Below the pieces are notes generated by a model, which was not told where the DNA came from, ran no database searches, and saw only the letters and a program-made list of their open reading frames with translations. 64,000 nt of DNA, taken from NCBI GenBank assembly GCA_963719225.1, contig CAVRAY010000002.1, positions 390,077 to 454,076 of the forward strand. Reading direction: 5' to 3'. The DNA comes from Thermoanaerobaculia bacterium (GTDB lineage Bacteria; Acidobacteriota; Thermoanaerobaculia; UBA5066). Position numbers and translations under genes: made by a program. This document shows positions 61,015 to 64,000 of the stretch, piece after piece; position 1 is the stretch's first letter, and each line of letters opens with the position of its first letter.

Positions 61015-61961
61015 GAGGACCGCCCGCCTTCGATCAGGCTCGAGCGCCAGCCGAAGCCGAGGAGACCGCGAACGACGCGCACGTGAGCTCCCGCCGCGTC
61101 CTTGCGCGGGTGGTCGGGCCTCACGAACGGAAGGAGCACGAGTCTGAGGACCGCGCCCGCCATCGTCGCGACACGCGCGGCCGCGCGGGCCGGCGGTGAC
61201 GCATGGCGCGCCAGGTAACGGAACATGTTCCGGACGTAGACGGGGCGGAAGTCGCGATAGAAGAGCGCCTGCATCGTCACGCCGCCCACGTGGGTGGCGC
61301 GGCCCTCCGGAACGTACCGGATCCTCCAGCCCGCTTCCAGGAGGCGCGCGCAGAGATCCACGTCCTCGAACCACGCGGGCGCGAAGGCGGGATCGAACCC
61401 TTCGATCGCCTCGAAGGCCGTGCGCCTCACGAGAAAGGCGGCGGCCGCGGGCTGCTCGACGTCGAAGGCCGTGCGGCGATCCTCGTCGAGATAGCGGTCC
61501 CGGCGAAAGCCCGCGTTCTGAGGAAAGAGACGGTCGACGAGGAGGGCCTCCCGAACGACAGCCCGGAGCGACGGGAGGCGGCGGAGCTGAAAACGGTCCT
61601 GTCCGTCGCCCTCGAGCCGCGGCGACACGGCCGCGACGGCGGGGTCCGCGTCCAGCGCGGCGAGAAGCGCGGCGAGCGTCCGCACGCCGTCCACGAGGGC
61701 CGCGTCGGGGTTCAGGAAGAGGATCGTCTCCGACGGACCGCCTTCGCGGGCGGCGCGGTTGCACGCGGGACCGAAGCCGAGGTTCGCGCCGGCTTCGATC
61801 ACGCGGGCGCCCGCCTTTCGGGCGACATCGGCCGAGCCGTCCGACGAGGCGTTGTCCACGACGAGAACGGGCACGCCCTCGGGCACGGAGGCGATCGCGT
61901 CGCGCAGGTGGGCGGCGGAGTTCCAGGACACGATGGCGACGAGAACGCGCGGGACGGTCAA
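61011..61961 (-). CDS. GT2-family glycosyltransferase
   Basis: 'RVLVAIVSWNSAAHLRDAIASV…VLVVDNASSDGS…FLNPDA'. Confidence 0.75.
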   Translation of the reverse strand: MTVPRVLVAIVSWNSAAHLRDAIASVPEGVPVLVVDNASSDGSADVARKAGARVIEAGANLGFGPACNRAAREGGPSETILFLNPDAALVDGVRTLAALLAALDADPAVAAVSPRLEGDGQDRFQLRRLPSLRAVVREALLVDRLFPQNAGFRRDRYLDEDRRTAFDVEQPAAAAFLVRRTAFEAIEGFDPAFAPAWFEDVDLCARLLEAGWRIRYVPEGRATHVGGVTMQALFYRDFRPVYVRNMFRYLARHASPPARAAARVATMAGAVLRLVLLPFVRPDHPRKDAAGAHVRVVRGLLGFGWRSSLIEGGRSS

Positions 61962-62081
61962 GCGGAACGATGATAGAGCGGCGCTTGCGGGGCGGCATGC
62001 CCTGTTCCTTCGCGCGTGAACTCGCTTCGCTCAGACAGCACGCGCGTGCGTCGCAGGGCATGCCACCCCCGCGCCGCTTAG

Positions 62082-63377
<1,296 letters not shown>

Positions 63378-63404
63378 AGCTGACCGGATCGGGATCCCAG
63401 TGAA

Positions 63405-63965
63405 TCAGCGAGGGGTGGCGCGGATCTCGGTCAGAAGATCGCCCACGCCGCGCTCTGCCGCGAGGCGTTCGAGAGTTGTGAAATCCAGCTTCTCGCCCTG
63501 TGCCGCGAGGAGCGCGCGGACGTCGCGCACATGCTTCGAGGAGCCGCCTTCCTGGAAGAAGAGGAGTTTTCTGAGAATGACGTATTCGGGCGGTGCGACC
63601 CAGATCTCGCGCCCGCCGACCTCGAAGCGGCGGCGAAGGCCGAGAGCCCATTGATGCAACGGATCCTCGCCCGCGAAGTACACGTCAGCCTTGAGCGCCG
63701 ACGGCGTGTGCAGAATATTCACGTGCCCGTGCAGGGGCCTTGCGATCTCGACGGCGAGGACGTCGACGGGTGGGCAGTAGTAGTCCGGTTGCCGAAAGGC
63801 GCCCCGAAGATCTTCAGGCGCGTTCACGCGCGCCACCACGTCGACGTCCGCCGTGAAACGTGGCTCGGCGTAGAGCATGCTCGCGACCGAGCCGGTGACC
63901 ATGTAGAGGCCCCCCGCCCGATTCAGCGGCAGGACGAAAAGGTCGATTAGATCCGGATCAGGCAC
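63405..63965 (-). CDS. Hypothetical protein (nucleotidyltransferase-like, possible TA-module component); runs to window edge
   Basis: ORF with normal composition. Weak resemblance to nucleotidyltransferase-fold proteins. N-terminus at window end. Confidence 0.35.
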   Translation of the reverse strand: MPDPDLIDLFVLPLNRAGGLYMVTGSVASMLYAEPRFTADVDVVARVNAPEDLRGAFRQPDYYCPPVDVLAVEIARPLHGHVNILHTPSALKADVYFAGEDPLHQWALGLRRRFEVGGREIWVAPPEYVILRKLLFFQEGGSSKHVRDVRALLAAQGEKLDFTTLERLAAERGVGDLLTEIRATPR

Positions 63966-64000
63966 GCAGGAACTGCCGGCGCACTTCTTCGAGGACGCGC

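Overview
This is high-GC (~70%) bacterial chromosomal DNA. The TonB-dependent receptors carrying an N-terminal carboxypeptidase-regulatory-like domain suggest an Acidobacteriota- or Gemmatimonadota-like organism, but that placement is low confidence. Many long arginine-rich ORFs in the six-frame track are frame artefacts of the GC content and are not reported as genes. Coordinates I derived myself (internal starts, overlaps, repeats) may be off by ±1.

Contents from 5' to 3':
- **Outer membrane and signalling (18-9620):** two CarboxypepD_reg/TonB-dependent receptor genes, a LytS-family histidine kinase, a small secreted protein with a RadC-like JAB motif, a LytTR response regulator and a DJ-1/PfpI protein.
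- **Candidate glycosylation locus (9681-23556):** three very large GT-C-type (PMT/ArnT/GT39-like, DUF2298) membrane glycosyltransferase-like proteins fused to NHL beta-propeller or PA14 domains. They sit with an SGNH esterase, a polyprenyl-phosphate-sugar-synthase-like GT2 and a SAM methyltransferase. This is the most system-like, poorly characterised content in the window.
- **Respiration (24317-27215):** a Rieske protein and a cytochrome b/di-haem c fusion of a bc complex, with a nitrilase-superfamily C-N hydrolase translationally coupled downstream.
- **Candidate envelope-stress operon (27472-36389, minus strand):** LiaF-like protein, LytS kinase, an IS5-family insertion, flotillin, LytTR regulator, a hypothetical protein and a thioester-reductase-domain protein.
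- **Methionine metabolism (37952-43530):** metH and a yitJ-like bifunctional gene, preceded by a clear SAM-I (S-box) riboswitch whose terminator hairpin abuts the start codon.
- **Second insertion sequence (43793-45261):** an rve-type transposase with complex terminal repeats, directly upstream of the riboswitch promoter.
- **Mixed housekeeping (45343-57393):** a secreted cysteine-rich protein, purD, a candidate selenoprotein (two ORFs joined in frame by TGA, UxxC motif, downstream hairpin), a frameshifted glucose-6-phosphate isomerase next to a ROK glucokinase, PSP1/RicT, an Hfq-like protein, an OmpA-like protein, an M20 peptidase, a PagL-like protein, an amidohydrolase and a DinB protein.
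- **Polysaccharide locus (57390-61961):** WbaP-like priming transferase, GT4, GT2 and GT2.
- **End of window:** serS and a partial nucleotidyltransferase-like ORF.

No CRISPR array, rRNA or tRNA was seen. Nothing resembles a classical defence system. The most novel-looking candidates are the GT-C/lectin-fusion locus and the LiaF-LytS-flotillin-LytTR-reductase module.
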